Source of the DNA: an uncultured Pseudomonadota bacterium
Lineage (GTDB): Bacteria; Pseudomonadota; Alphaproteobacteria; Rs-D84
DNA length: 64,000 nucleotides
Direction of reading: 5' to 3'
Assembly (NCBI GenBank): GCA_947307295.1
Contig: CAMZIQ010000001.1
Coordinates: forward strand, 104,968 to 168,967
Under the pieces are notes generated by a model. It ran no database searches, was not told the origin of the DNA, and saw only the letters and a list, made by a program, of their open reading frames with translations. The position numbers and the translations under genes are program-made. Positions 39,245-50,329 of the stretch are shown one piece after another. Position 1 is the first letter of the stretch; each line of letters opens with the position of its first letter.

Positions 39245-41326
39245 TTACTTTGTCATTTTTTTGATTACTTCGTCAGCAACATTTTGTGGCACTTCGTCAT
39301 AGTGTGACAATTCCATATATGGATTTGCACGACCTTGGGACAAAGAACGTAATGTTTTGACATACCCGAACAAATTCGCCAGAGGAACAAACGCAGTAAT
39401 TAACTGGCTGCCGAATCTGGTTTCGATACCATTGATTTGTCCGCGGCGACTGTTCAAATCGCCAATAATGTCACCGACGTATTCTTCCGGTGTATTAACC
39501 GCAAGCTTCATAATCGGTTCCAATAATTTTGGTGACGCTTTTTTCATAGCTTCACGGAAGCAAGCGCGCGCCGCAATTTCAAAGCATAACACATTAGAGT
39601 CAACTTCGTGATACTTACCATCTACCAATGTGGCTTTGAAATCTACTGTTGGATAGCCAATCAAAACACCAGTTTGTTGGGCTATCTTTAAACCTTTTTC
39701 TACACCTGGGATGTATTCTTTTGGAATTGCACCACCAACAATCTTGTTTTCGAATTCATACCCAGCACCTGGTTCCAATGGTTCAAATTGGATTTTAACC
39801 TGGGCATATTGACCAGAACCACCAGATTGTTTCTTATGTGTATATTCTTCCAAAATAGGTTTGCGGAATGTTTCACGATATGCAATACGTGGTTCACCAA
39901 CATTAACGTCAACTTTGAATTCACGCAATAATCTGTCAACCAAAATTTCCAAATGCAATTCACCAACCCCAGACAAAATTGTTTGTCCAGATTCTTGGTC
40001 CACAGATACACGGAACGAAGGATCTTCTTTGGCCAAAGCTTGCAATCCCAAAGACATTTTTTCAATATCAGCCTTGGTTTTTGGTTCCACAGCAATAGAA
40101 ATAACCGGTTCTGGAACGTGGATAGATTCCAAAATAATTGGATTAGATTCATCGCACAATGTATCACCTGTGATTGTTTCTTTCATACCAACCAATGTGA
40201 TAATATCACCTGCGGACGCTTCTTTGATTTCTTCACGCGCATTTGCATGCATCAACAACATACGACCAACACGTTCACGTTTATCGCGATTTGAATTATA
40301 GATATAAGATCCAGATTGCAATTTACCAGAATAAATACGGATAAACATCAAATTCCCTACAAACGGGTCATTCGCAACCTTAAATGCCAAAGCACTAAAC
40401 GGTTCTTTTGGATCAGCATGACGTTCTGCTTCTGTTTCACCGTCCATTTTCGTTCCCTTTATCGCTGGGATATCCAATGGTGATGGCAAATAATCTACGA
40501 TAGCATCCAACAATGGTTGAACACCTTTGTTCTTAAATGCAGTTCCGCACAATACAGGAACAAAGTTTTGTGCAATTGTTCCCTTGCGTAACAATTTTTT
40601 GATTGTTGCAATATCTGGAACTTTGCCTTCCATGTATTCTTCCATAATAGTTTCGTCCAAAGTCACAACTTCTTCAATCAATTTGTTGTGCAATTCTTCT
40701 GCCTTTTCTTTTAATTCAGCAGGAATTTCTTCGATTTTTGGATGAGAACCATTTTCATCTTCCCAAATAACGCCTTTCATTTCGATAACGTCAACAACAC
40801 CTTTGAAGTCTTGTTCTTGACCGATTGGGAAATTCAACACCAATGGATTAGCACCCAATCTTTCGCGTATCATATCAACACAGCGGAAGAAATTCGCACC
40901 AATTCTGTCCATTTTGTTAATAAAACAAATACGTGGAACATTGTAACGATCAGCCTGACGCCATACTGTTTCTGTTTGTGGTTGCACACCGTTCACAGAT
41001 TCAAATACTGCCACAGCACCGTCCAAAACACGCAAAGAACGTTCTACTTCCATTGTAAAGTCCACGTGTCCCGGTGTATCAATCAAATTAATACGATGGT
41101 CACGCCAGAAACAAGTTGTCGCAGCAGAAGTAATTGTAATACCACGTTCTTGTTCTTGAACCATCCAGTCCATAGTTGCGGCACCATCATGCACTTCACC
41201 GATTTTATAAGTTTTACCAGTATAAAACAAAATACGTTCAGATGTTGTTGTTTTACCAGCGTCAATATGGGCCATAATCCCAATATTGCGGTACATATCC
41301 AAAGATGCGGTTTTTCCAACTGACAT
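39245..41326 (-). CDS. fusA: Elongation factor G
   Basis: 693 aa, [23 protein letters not shown]. Confidence 0.97.
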   Translation of the reverse strand: MSVGKTASLDMYRNIGIMAHIDAGKTTTSERILFYTGKTYKIGEVHDGAATMDWMVQEQERGITITSAATTCFWRDHRINLIDTPGHVDFTMEVERSLRVLDGAVAVFESVNGVQPQTETVWRQADRYNVPRICFINKMDRIGANFFRCVDMIRERLGANPLVLNFPIGQEQDFKGVVDVIEMKGVIWEDENGSHPKIEEIPAELKEKAEELHNKLIEEVVTLDETIMEEYMEGKVPDIATIKKLLRKGTIAQNFVPVLCGTAFKNKGVQPLLDAIVDYLPSPLDIPAIKGTKMDGETEAERHADPKEPFSALAFKVANDPFVGNLMFIRIYSGKLQSGSYIYNSNRDKRERVGRMLLMHANAREEIKEASAGDIITLVGMKETITGDTLCDESNPIILESIHVPEPVISIAVEPKTKADIEKMSLGLQALAKEDPSFRVSVDQESGQTILSGVGELHLEILVDRLLREFKVDVNVGEPRIAYRETFRKPILEEYTHKKQSGGSGQYAQVKIQFEPLEPGAGYEFENKIVGGAIPKEYIPGVEKGLKIAQQTGVLIGYPTVDFKATLVDGKYHEVDSNVLCFEIAARACFREAMKKASPKLLEPIMKLAVNTPEEYVGDIIGDLNSRRGQINGIETRFGSQLITAFVPLANLFGYVKTLRSLSQGRANPYMELSHYDEVPQNVADEVIKKMTK

Positions 41327-41350
41327 TGTCTTTCCTTATTCTTTATATTA

Positions 41351-41824
41351 TTACCAACGGAAATGAGCAAATGCTTTATTAGCTTCTGCCATTCTGTGTG
41401 TATCCAATTTCTTTTTGAATGCGCCACCTTGACCATTCAAAGCATCACGCAATTCAGCAAACAATCTTTCTTCCATGGAACGTTCGCCACGTTTTCTGGC
41501 AAACATAACCAACCAACGCAAAGCCAAAGTTTGTTGACGATCTGCACGAACTTCGACAGGAACCTGATAAGTTGCACCGCCAACACGACGACCCTTAACT
41601 TCAATAGATGGTTTTAATGCATCAACAGCTTCCAAAAATACTGTTAAAACATCTTTATCTTTAGCGATGGTTTTTAATTTTTCAATTGCACCATACACGA
41701 TGTTTTCAGCAACTTCTTTTTTACCATCCCACATAACAACATTAATAAGTTTTGCAACAACCAGATTATGATATTTAGAATCTGGCAAGATTTCACGTTT
41801 TGTTGCAGCTTTACGTCTTGACAT
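41351..41824 (-). CDS. rpsG: 30S ribosomal protein S7
   Basis: 157 aa, conserved S7 sequence. Confidence 0.95.
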   Translation of the reverse strand: MSRRKAATKREILPDSKYHNLVVAKLINVVMWDGKKEVAENIVYGAIEKLKTIAKDKDVLTVFLEAVDALKPSIEVKGRRVGGATYQVPVEVRADRQQTLALRWLVMFARKRGERSMEERLFAELRDALNGQGGAFKKKLDTHRMAEANKAFAHFRW

Positions 41825-41889
41825 ATTTAAATTCCTTTTGTTTTCTTCACTTGGTTTCCCAAATTACTCACATTCGTTTCCGATGTGTA

Positions 41890-42264
41890 TTATTTCTTTG
41901 CGCCTTTAGCACCATACAAGGAACGACCTTGTTTTCTGCTTTCAACGCCCTTAGTATCAAGGACACCACGAATGATGTGATATTTCACACCAGGTAAATC
42001 CTTTACACGACCGCCACGAATCATAACAACACTATGTTCCTGAAGGTTGTGTCCTTCGCCAGGAATGTATGCAGTCACTTCGCGACCATTAGCCAATTTT
42101 ACACGCGCAACTTTACGTTGAGCAGAGTTAGGTTTTTTTGGAGTTGTCGTATAAACACGTGTACAAACACCGCGTTTTTGTGGATTTTCCATCATATCAG
42201 GTGCGGTAGATTTCACCTTCACCTTTTTACGTGGTTTCCGAATCAGTTGATTTACTGTTGGCAT
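41890..42264 (-). CDS. rpsL: 30S ribosomal protein S12
   Basis: [15 protein letters not shown]... Confidence 0.95.
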   Translation of the reverse strand: MPTVNQLIRKPRKKVKVKSTAPDMMENPQKRGVCTRVYTTTPKKPNSAQRKVARVKLANGREVTAYIPGEGHNLQEHSVVMIRGGRVKDLPGVKYHIIRGVLDTKGVESRKQGRSLYGAKGAKK

Positions 42265-42413
42265 TCAAAATCTCTTTGTTTTTATTCTCTTTTTTTAACC
42301 ATACAAAACCCACAAGCAGACTTATTTCAACGCGATACGCGTGATTATAAATCTGACGAAATATGCAGATTTCTGTGCTTCTTACTTTCCTTATTTACAC
42401 GGAAAGCAAGCAT

Positions 42414-42442
42414 ATTATAACTTAACCCCGCGAATTGTCAAG
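42414..42442 (-). promoter_or_regulatory. Near-consensus sigma70 promoter for the str operon (-35 TTGACA, 17-nt spacer, -10 TATAAT), with an approximately 140-nt leader to rpsL
   Basis: Minus strand TTGACAattcgcggggttaagtTATAAT. The -35 maps to + coordinates 42437-42442 and the -10 to 42414-42419. Confidence 0.5.
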
Positions 42443-42544
42443 AAAAATTCTATATTTTTTAGCACAAAACCCGCTGAAAACTCATAGTTAGGCACTTAAA
42501 CAAATCGACAAATAAAAACATTAGTCAAAACAATAAGATAACAA

Positions 42545-42582
42545 AAAAGCCCGATCAATCGACCAGGCTTTTTCAAGTAGTT
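42545..42582 (-). terminator. Rho-independent terminator after the OMP gene (minus strand)
   Basis: aaaaagcc...ggcttttt stem followed by a T-run on the minus strand. Confidence 0.45.
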
Positions 42583-42590
42583 TTTGACGA

Positions 42591-43466
42591 TTAGAAATCG
42601 ATACCAAATTTGATACCATAACCGAAGCCTTCTTCAAAGCCCCAGCCTTTCTTTGGATTAGGTACTTCGTCAACATCATCACCTTTCCAATGGTTCATTG
42701 TACCATTGATGTACAAACCAACAAATTTTGTTGCATCAATGTTATAGTTTACACCAAATTCACCGAACCATTTACCCTCATTCTTAACTTTGTCTTCAGG
42801 TAATTTACTGCCACGATTTTTGCTATCCAAACGACCAGTATATTCAACAGTACCGACCAAGCTTAAATGATCACAAACAACATATTGACCATCCAAGCCC
42901 AAAACCAAAGTATGTACACCTTGGTGGCCAGCGTCAGCATTCCAATTGAAAGATCTTGTGTTCTTATAAACAAATTCTGTACGACCAGCAACTGTCCAAT
43001 TAGAACCTACGAAACCACCACGAACACCAGCTGTCCATTCATACCATGTTTCATCTTCATCAAACCAAGCATCTTGTTTTTTGCCAGTATCTTCATCTAC
43101 TTTTCTTGGGTGGCTATACAAATCAGTAAAGGCATAAGATCCATAAACATCCAATTTCCAACCATTCATATCCAAAGTACGGAATGTCAATTTTGCACCA
43201 AAATCATCCCAAGCATATTCTTCAAAAGCTCTATTTTCACTTAAAGATGTTGTCACATCTACAGCCAAATTATCCAAAATACCATAGCCAAATTCTTCAC
43301 CTAAACCCCATGGTGTACCTTGTTTTGTATGAGAACCCAAATCTGTCACACTATAAAAATGGTTTTGTCCTGGCATGTACAATGGATTGCCATCAATAAC
43401 GTTTGCAGCATGTGCACCGGAAACAGCAAATACAGCCATCAAAGAAGTTAAAGCTAATTTTTTCAT
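42591..43466 (-). CDS. Outer membrane beta-barrel protein (porin/OMP family)
   Basis: Signal peptide MKKLALTSLMAVFAVSGAHA. Alternating amphipathic beta-strand pattern. C-terminal Phe (GIKFGIDF). Confidence 0.65.
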   Translation of the reverse strand: MKKLALTSLMAVFAVSGAHAANVIDGNPLYMPGQNHFYSVTDLGSHTKQGTPWGLGEEFGYGILDNLAVDVTTSLSENRAFEEYAWDDFGAKLTFRTLDMNGWKLDVYGSYAFTDLYSHPRKVDEDTGKKQDAWFDEDETWYEWTAGVRGGFVGSNWTVAGRTEFVYKNTRSFNWNADAGHQGVHTLVLGLDGQYVVCDHLSLVGTVEYTGRLDSKNRGSKLPEDKVKNEGKWFGEFGVNYNIDATKFVGLYINGTMNHWKGDDVDEVPNPKKGWGFEEGFGYGIKFGIDF

Positions 43467-43614
43467 TTTTTCATCCTTTCTCTTTAGTTAAACTAAACGT
43501 CAGGTTCATTCCTGATAAGAATATTATCTCATAAACAAATAAAATCTGCAAGAAAATATATTTCTTGCCAACCACATAATAAAATGATACAATGGCGCAC
43601 GTTCTGTTTTTTTA

Positions 43615-44628
43615 TTATTGTTCACTCAATTTTTTCTTAATTTCCCGCCATTTTTCATGATGCTTTTGATGTTCACCATAATCTTTGGAAAATCTGTGAC
43701 CGCCACGTCCGTCAGCAACAAAGAATAAATATTTTGTATGCGCCGGCTTCAATACTGCACGAATCGCTTCACGTCCAACATTAGCAATCGGAGCTGGTGG
43801 TAAACCATTATATCGATAAGTATTATAAGGATTATCCATCTTTAAATGCCCAGACAACAATGGTTCACCCTGCATATCACCAAGTCCATCAGTCAAAGCA
43901 TACACAACTGTTGGATCTGCTTGCAATCTCATATTTATATTTAACCTGTTTATGTACACACTAGCGACAATCGGCATTTCTTTGGCACGCGGTGTTTCTT
44001 TTTGAACAATGGATGCCAACGTTAAAACTTCGTTCCAATCTTTAAGTGGCACCGGATATCTAGCATTATCAAAAGATTGTTTCACATCCATCATCTTTTT
44101 TCGTGCCAATTCTAACAAAGCCAATCGAGATGTTCCACGCGCGATTCGATAAGTATCTGGAAAAATTTCACCATCATGTAAATCACATACAGGAATAGAT
44201 TCTTCGCAATCAACATCCCCAACAAGATAAGGTATATTCATCAACATCATCTTGATTTGTTTAACTGTGTACCCTTCTGGTATTGTCACAGTTGTCGTAG
44301 CAATCTGCCCTTTGGTCAACATAGATGCAATAGTCCACACCCCTGCCCCGCGCGGTATATCGTATTCGCCAGCCTGAATAGTTCCGCCGTTCATACGAAT
44401 CGAAAAATAAAATAATTCTTTGGATTTAATAATATTGTTTTTATAAAGATGATTCGTCATCCGCGCCACCGAAGCACCACGCGGCACAACTATATTCACA
44501 GGCTTTTTTATTGGAGACCAAAGATTAAACACAAAGAACACAGCAAACACAATCACACAGCCAATGGCCAATATAAATTTGGTCCAATCTTTAATTCTTT
44601 TCCATTGTCTTTTAGTTATAAATTTCAT
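43615..44628 (-). CDS. mltG: Endolytic murein transglycosylase MltG (YceG family)
   Basis: N-terminal TM anchor. YceG motifs NTYRYNGLPPAPIANVGREAI. Confidence 0.85.
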   Translation of the reverse strand: MKFITKRQWKRIKDWTKFILAIGCVIVFAVFFVFNLWSPIKKPVNIVVPRGASVARMTNHLYKNNIIKSKELFYFSIRMNGGTIQAGEYDIPRGAGVWTIASMLTKGQIATTTVTIPEGYTVKQIKMMLMNIPYLVGDVDCEESIPVCDLHDGEIFPDTYRIARGTSRLALLELARKKMMDVKQSFDNARYPVPLKDWNEVLTLASIVQKETPRAKEMPIVASVYINRLNINMRLQADPTVVYALTDGLGDMQGEPLLSGHLKMDNPYNTYRYNGLPPAPIANVGREAIRAVLKPAHTKYLFFVADGRGGHRFSKDYGEHQKHHEKWREIKKKLSEQ

Positions 44629-44683
44629 AATCTTGGATTATAAACATTGTTTAAATAAAAACAATACCTTTTATAGCCAACGA

Positions 44684-45166
44684 TTATTTTTTCAGATATT
44701 TTTCAGCCCAACGTCTTAATTCTTCCACAGATACGCCCTGTTCAAAAACTTTTCCTTTTTCAACTTTGGCTTTTGGTGCAAGCGCTTGAATATTTTTCCA
44801 CGCATCACCCATACCGCTGCCACCAGATGTAGCAAAAGGCACAATCAATTTACCTTCAAAATTATGCATTTCTATAAAAGTATCTATGATTGAAGGTTCG
44901 CGATACCACCAAATAGGAAATCCCACGAATACAACTTCGTATTTTTCCATATTTTCCACATGCGATTCAATCTTTGGACGGCAAGTTCTATCTTTCATTT
45001 CGACAGAAGAACGACTGTTGTCATTTGTCCAATCTAAATCAGATTTCGTATAAAATTCTTTTGGTACAATTTCGAATACCTTTGCATCCACAGATGTTGC
45101 CAACATAGTGGCAATTCTTTTTGTGACTGATGTAGCAGAAAAATAAGCAACCAAAGCACGTTTCAT
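44684..45166 (-). CDS. Flavodoxin-like protein (start taken at MKRALVAYFS rather than the track Met)
   Basis: ALVAYFSATSVTKRIA FMN-binding loop and FVGFPIWWY motif. Confidence 0.6.
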   Translation of the reverse strand: MKRALVAYFSATSVTKRIATMLATSVDAKVFEIVPKEFYTKSDLDWTNDNSRSSVEMKDRTCRPKIESHVENMEKYEVVFVGFPIWWYREPSIIDTFIEMHNFEGKLIVPFATSGGSGMGDAWKNIQALAPKAKVEKGKVFEQGVSVEELRRWAEKYLKK

Positions 45167-45282
45167 AAAATATCTCCTTTGTATTACATGCGTATTATAT
45201 AACAAATACGCAACAAAAATCAAAAAGAACAAAATCCGTTAAAAATATTGACAAAGCAATATTTTGTATTAATATATTAAAT

Positions 45283-46119
45283 ATGAACACCGAATTAAGT
45301 CTAAGTTTTAAAATAACAAACTGGTGCAATTTGCGTTGCGCCCATTGTTGTGAATACAGCGGTCCAAGCGAACCCGCAACCTTTTTACCTTTGGAAAAAA
45401 TAGAACAATACACTATTGAATCTATCCATATGCCAATCAAGCCAAACGACTATTTAGTCTTAGGTGGCGGGGAAGCAATGGCGCCATATATGCACAACAA
45501 ACCAGATTATATCCCGAAAGCTCTTGATATCATTTATAGATACGGATATGTTCCGACAATCAAAACGAATGGTACATGGGGTGATAATGATGCCAAGCGC
45601 GAACAGATATTACACGATATAGCAAAACCTGCTTATGAATACCAAAAATTAGTCACACTGGATATTTCTATTGATGAATTTCATAACAATATTAGTGGTG
45701 TATCAAAAATTATTTACAACATATTAAGCAATCCAGATTTATGTTTAGCAATCAGATGTTGCATCGTTGGGTTTAACACCAAAAAATCAGCCATTGCATT
45801 AAGCAAATTAAAACAAATGTTGCAAAACCAAGGGCTTAAAATTTCCCCTATAAATTATTCTGATTGGATTGTGTTTACACCAAACGGTGACGCCGTCTAT
45901 TTAGTTGTTGATTATTCTGCTGGGATACATGATTTAGGTCGTGCAAAAGATAAAAAAGTTTATACATCTACTGGCAAACCTACTGGTGCAATAAGTTGTC
46001 TGCAAATTGATAACAACGATATGGCTATTTATAACTATCTGACAAAAGAACCTGTTAATAACCGCCCATTAAACGAAGTTTTGTTTTCTTTGATGAGCAA
46101 GCAAATAAAGGGTTATTAA
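45283..46119 (+). CDS. Radical SAM domain protein (278 aa)
   Basis: CNLRCAHC CX3CX2C cluster motif near the N-terminus and GGGEAM (GGE-type SAM-binding) motif. Confidence 0.6.
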   Translation: MNTELSLSFKITNWCNLRCAHCCEYSGPSEPATFLPLEKIEQYTIESIHMPIKPNDYLVLGGGEAMAPYMHNKPDYIPKALDIIYRYGYVPTIKTNGTWGDNDAKREQILHDIAKPAYEYQKLVTLDISIDEFHNNISGVSKIIYNILSNPDLCLAIRCCIVGFNTKKSAIALSKLKQMLQNQGLKISPINYSDWIVFTPNGDAVYLVVDYSAGIHDLGRAKDKKVYTSTGKPTGAISCLQIDNNDMAIYNYLTKEPVNNRPLNEVLFSLMSKQIKGY

Positions 46120-46120
46120 T

Positions 46121-47305
46121 ATGTCAGAACAGATTCAAGATATTTTTTCTGAAAGTGCCGAATTTGGAACCGAAATTTTTTCACATTCAAAAGATGGAAA
46201 TTATAATTTAAATGGTCGTCCTTTGATGGAAGGTTCTATAACTGGTCGCATATCAACTTTGTCCGAAGTATTCGTTGAATGGTATTTATTTGATTCATCC
46301 GTTGAAAAAAATATAGAAACTTTTTTACAAAACGAAGATTTAACTGATGTTTTCACAGAATCAGAATTTATGGATTTAATGTGCGGTTATGCCTTTGTAG
46401 ATAACAAATTACTTGAATTGATTACATTAAAATTACCATATCGTTTAGATACTAACAAATTAAAACACCTAAATTTTTCTTTACCTGGCACAAATCCAAG
46501 TGCACATTTGATAACAAGCAACGAAACAACTGATGAAAAAATAAAAAATTTATCACAATTAAAATCACAACAACAAAAAGACCACCAGCGTCAATATCGT
46601 GAAACTCACAGAGAACATATATCACAACGAAAACACAAATATTATAAAGAAAATCGTGAAAAAATATATGAAAAACAAAAAATATATATACAAAAACATT
46701 TAGCTGAACTCAAAGAATATCAAGCCAAATATAGAGCTGAACATGCCGCAGAATTAAAAGAATATTTTAAACAATATCGCAAAAAAAATGCAGTTGTTGT
46801 ATCCGAACGCAAAAAGAAATGTTATAACGCAAAAAAAGAACAATATTTGCGCAAAAACAAAGAAAATTACAAAAAAAACAAAGAACGACACCTAAGCAAG
46901 TGCAAAGAATATTATGAAAAAAATAAAGAACAATACCTAAGCAAGTGCAAAGAATATTATGAAAAAAATAAAGAACACCACCTTGCACAATCAAAAATAT
47001 ATAATCAGAAATTAAAACAAAAAGCCGAAGTTGCAAAAACTGTATGTGCAGCATATGTATTCTTATTAAACTTGCGCAAAACAAATAAAGAATTATATCT
47101 GCAACTGTACACTAAACGACAAGAACCATTGACCGGCATGCTTAAAACATGTGTTGCCTTACAAAATATGGATATAAATATGTGTCCGTTGTGTAATGAA
47201 AATTGTGAACATTTGCTCGAAAAATGTTGTAATCAAAAAGTCTTAGCCATTCCTAATGTACTTCAAGAATTACATGCCATAGCAGAACAATTAAAACAAA
47301 GATAA
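46121..47305 (+). CDS. Hypothetical Lys/Glu/Tyr-rich repeat protein with a Cys-rich C-terminus. Translationally coupled to the radical SAM gene
   Basis: Start is 2 nt after the radical SAM stop. Internal perfect 45-bp tandem duplication encoding LSKCKEYYEKNKEQY twice. C-terminal CPLCNENCEHLLEKCC. Confidence 0.55.
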   Translation: MSEQIQDIFSESAEFGTEIFSHSKDGNYNLNGRPLMEGSITGRISTLSEVFVEWYLFDSSVEKNIETFLQNEDLTDVFTESEFMDLMCGYAFVDNKLLELITLKLPYRLDTNKLKHLNFSLPGTNPSAHLITSNETTDEKIKNLSQLKSQQQKDHQRQYRETHREHISQRKHKYYKENREKIYEKQKIYIQKHLAELKEYQAKYRAEHAAELKEYFKQYRKKNAVVVSERKKKCYNAKKEQYLRKNKENYKKNKERHLSKCKEYYEKNKEQYLSKCKEYYEKNKEHHLAQSKIYNQKLKQKAEVAKTVCAAYVFLLNLRKTNKELYLQLYTKRQEPLTGMLKTCVALQNMDINMCPLCNENCEHLLEKCCNQKVLAIPNVLQELHAIAEQLKQR

Positions 47306-47308
47306 AAA

Positions 47309-49081
47309 TTATTTCTTGCGTGTCTGCATTTGCCAAAGTTTACTATATGCGCCACCTTTGCGTAATAATTGTTTGTGTGTCCCTGTTTCGACAATTTTAC
47401 CATTTTTAATAACAACTATTCTATCCATATTTGCAAGCGTAGATAATCTGTGTGCTATTACCAAAGTTGTTTTACCGCGCATAGCAATTTTTAAAGATTT
47501 TTGAATTAACATCTCGTTTTCTGAATCCAATGCAGAAGTTGCTTCATCCATTACTAAAATCGGAGCATCTTTTAACAAAGCGCGTGCAATAGAAATTCTT
47601 TGACGCTGCCCACCAGATAATTTTATACCATTGTTTCCAATTATCGTATTATAACCTTTTGGTAATTTAGATATAAAATCGTGTATATGTGCTTTCTTTG
47701 CAACATCAATAACTTGTGATTTAGTTGCATTAGGCTTTGCATATCTTATATTTTCCAAAATTGTTCTGTTGAACAAAGTGGCCTCTTGTGGAACAAAAGA
47801 AATACTTTTCCGCAAAGAATCTTGAGTCACATCACGTATATCTATATCATTGATTTCAACAGCCCCTTTATCAACATCATACATGCGCAACAATAGATTA
47901 CACAACGTAGTTTTGCCAGCACCAGACAAACCAACAATACCGACTTTTTCAGAATTATTTATCTTTAAATTAAAATCTTTAAAAACCTTATTATTCCCAT
48001 AAGCAAAATCAACAGATTTGAAAGAAATCACCGCTTTGTCTATTGATAAACGTTTTGCATTTTCCTTATCATTTATAAGTTTGTCCGCAATCACAACAGA
48101 ATAAGCTTTGGTTGCACGAGCACGAAAAATAGAATATCTTTGCAATCCTTTATTTATCTTATCAAAAGAATTATTTATAGAATACGATGCAGACATAACA
48201 AACGCAGCATCTGATAAAGTCATACTGCCGTTTCTAATAAAAATAAAACATAATGCTAATCCTATCAATCTGGTACAAACCCATAAAATACGCACGGGGA
48301 TTCCTTGTAATCTTTCTAAAAAGAAACGTTGTCTTATTAATTCAATTAACCTGTCTCGTCCTTTATAAATATACATATTTTCGTATTCGTCGGCAGCAAA
48401 CAATTTTACAGTCAATGCATTATTTAAACTATCGCTTCTTAATCCCGAATATTTAGAACTTTCTTCCATTTCTTCTTGGTTATTTTTCTTAATCTTTTTC
48501 TGCAACAACCATTCCCAAACAAGTTTTAATACACCGTATGTCAACAAAACCACAACCAACCAAATATTCATAACGGCCATAGAAGCAACTATAATTAAGA
48601 ATCCTAAAACAGTTCCGATAAACTCTGACCAAAAATCTCTCATTAAAAAATCTAACTTCCCAGAAACCTCAATACACATAGACATAACCTGTCCACTTGG
48701 GTTATTTATAAAAAAATGTGAATCATTCTCATAAACCCTTTTATAAAGGATATATAATTTATATCTGTTAAATATCTGCTGATATTTACCCTTTATAACA
48801 GATATAAAGAAATTTAAAAACGTAGTAAAACTATACAAACAAACAATCAATATAAACAACCTAAAAACAATATGCCAATCAGTTGAAATCGCATTTTCAA
48901 ATATTTGTATCATCCACTTTGATACCCATGGGTCAAACATCATATTAATAACATTACCCAAAAGGCCACAAACAAACACAGCCCAAAAATACCAAGGAAA
49001 CTTCTTAATACACAGCCAATAAAAACCGTATAAATTTTTCGGGAAATCAATCGATTTCATAATACAATCCTTTGTACGCAC
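47309..49081 (-). CDS. ABC transporter, fused permease/ATP-binding exporter (MsbA/type I exporter-like)
   Basis: Six N-terminal TM segments. Walker A GLSGAGKTT, signature LSGGQRQR, Walker B ILVMDEATSALD. Confidence 0.85.
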   Translation of the reverse strand: MRTKDCIMKSIDFPKNLYGFYWLCIKKFPWYFWAVFVCGLLGNVINMMFDPWVSKWMIQIFENAISTDWHIVFRLFILIVCLYSFTTFLNFFISVIKGKYQQIFNRYKLYILYKRVYENDSHFFINNPSGQVMSMCIEVSGKLDFLMRDFWSEFIGTVLGFLIIVASMAVMNIWLVVVLLTYGVLKLVWEWLLQKKIKKNNQEEMEESSKYSGLRSDSLNNALTVKLFAADEYENMYIYKGRDRLIELIRQRFFLERLQGIPVRILWVCTRLIGLALCFIFIRNGSMTLSDAAFVMSASYSINNSFDKINKGLQRYSIFRARATKAYSVVIADKLINDKENAKRLSIDKAVISFKSVDFAYGNNKVFKDFNLKINNSEKVGIVGLSGAGKTTLCNLLLRMYDVDKGAVEINDIDIRDVTQDSLRKSISFVPQEATLFNRTILENIRYAKPNATKSQVIDVAKKAHIHDFISKLPKGYNTIIGNNGIKLSGGQRQRISIARALLKDAPILVMDEATSALDSENEMLIQKSLKIAMRGKTTLVIAHRLSTLANMDRIVVIKNGKIVETGTHKQLLRKGGAYSKLWQMQTRKK

Positions 49082-49122
49082 CAGGAATTATATCATAAAA
49101 AACAAATTTTATAAATACTTCT

Positions 49123-50169
49123 TTATCTTTCAGAAACTTGATTTTCAATCTGTGCGGTGTTCATAACATTTTTTTCATACCACTTCATATAACCAGACAT
49201 ACTCCATTCATATTTATTTTTATCTTCTGACATAAATCTATTAACGCCCAAATCTTGCAATTTCAACAAAGACAAATAACCCCTTTTTCTTGGAGAAAAA
49301 GAATACCAATTTCCATCTAATTTAACCATTACAAAATAATCTTTTCGCTTTTCATCCCCTTTTACAGAAGATTCTACAACTTTTATTGGAAATCTAGAAT
49401 TCCCCATTTCTTTACAAAAATTGTAAATGTTTAATATCGCTGATTCTGTCGATTTCATATTTTTCAAAACCAATTCTATCTTCGCTGTAATCATTGTTGC
49501 TTTATAACCACGTTCAACAGAAGCCTTTAAAAAATTAGGAAATTTTGACATTTTCTTTTCATATTCTTTCCAGCGCATCATATTCATGACTTTATAAGGT
49601 GTTTCTTCTATACCATTCAATATATGATGTATTTCTTTACCGACTTCAATATCATCTACGACAAAAGGGACACCGGGATATTTCGGATGGTCTGGCAGAT
49701 TTTTAACAATATTTACATTTGATTCTATTGCATACCATTTACCGTCCCCCATTTTTACACATGGCAAAGTATGTCCAACCATCCCATCTATTAAATGTTC
49801 CGTACTTGTAGACATCATTATTTGTAAATCTAACGGTTTTATCTTTCCTTCTTTGACTAACTTATCATGCATATAACAAAACGCTTTTGCCCTGTTTCCA
49901 CAACTTATGGCAAACCTATTTTCCACAACGTCTTTACCTGTAAAAGAAAATTTAATATCAGATTCTGTCACATCATCACCCTTTACTCCATGGGTCTCGG
50001 CAATCTTGCGACCAAATTTTTCCATAGCAGCACGGTATTTATCATAATCTTTGTATTGCTTCCGCAATTCTTCACGTTTGGCATCAAAGCCTGTTTTAGG
50101 GTCATGCAGTTGTTTTAAAATAGCCTTTATAGATTCTATTCTCTGTTCATCTGTCATTTTGTTTTGCAT
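49123..50169 (-). CDS. Hypothetical protein, paralog of 8774-9763
   Basis: Shared blocks HTLPCVKMGDGKWYAIESN and GVPFVVDDIEVGKEIHHILNGI. Confidence 0.6.
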   Translation of the reverse strand: MQNKMTDEQRIESIKAILKQLHDPKTGFDAKREELRKQYKDYDKYRAAMEKFGRKIAETHGVKGDDVTESDIKFSFTGKDVVENRFAISCGNRAKAFCYMHDKLVKEGKIKPLDLQIMMSTSTEHLIDGMVGHTLPCVKMGDGKWYAIESNVNIVKNLPDHPKYPGVPFVVDDIEVGKEIHHILNGIEETPYKVMNMMRWKEYEKKMSKFPNFLKASVERGYKATMITAKIELVLKNMKSTESAILNIYNFCKEMGNSRFPIKVVESSVKGDEKRKDYFVMVKLDGNWYSFSPRKRGYLSLLKLQDLGVNRFMSEDKNKYEWSMSGYMKWYEKNVMNTAQIENQVSER

Positions 50170-50329
50170 ATGAATAACCTCTTATAATCAAATTTTCTAT
50201 ACTATTATACCATAAAAGCATATAGGAAAAAAGATATTGAATTCATCCTGTGTTTACTATACAATTTATATCCGAAGGCAACATTGTTGTTCTTTAAAAT
50301 TTTACAAAAGATAAAGAAAGGAAAAACCC

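Noticed and set aside
38107-39264. 385-aa + strand ORF antisense to tuf
   Set aside because: Shadow ORF of EF-Tu, created because the coding strand avoids the relevant codons. No signal or plausible product.
40742-41323. 193-aa + strand ORF antisense to fusA, and similar shadow ORFs at 39861-40301 and 39700-40167
   Set aside because: Overlap the EF-G coding sequence; low-complexity shadow ORFs.
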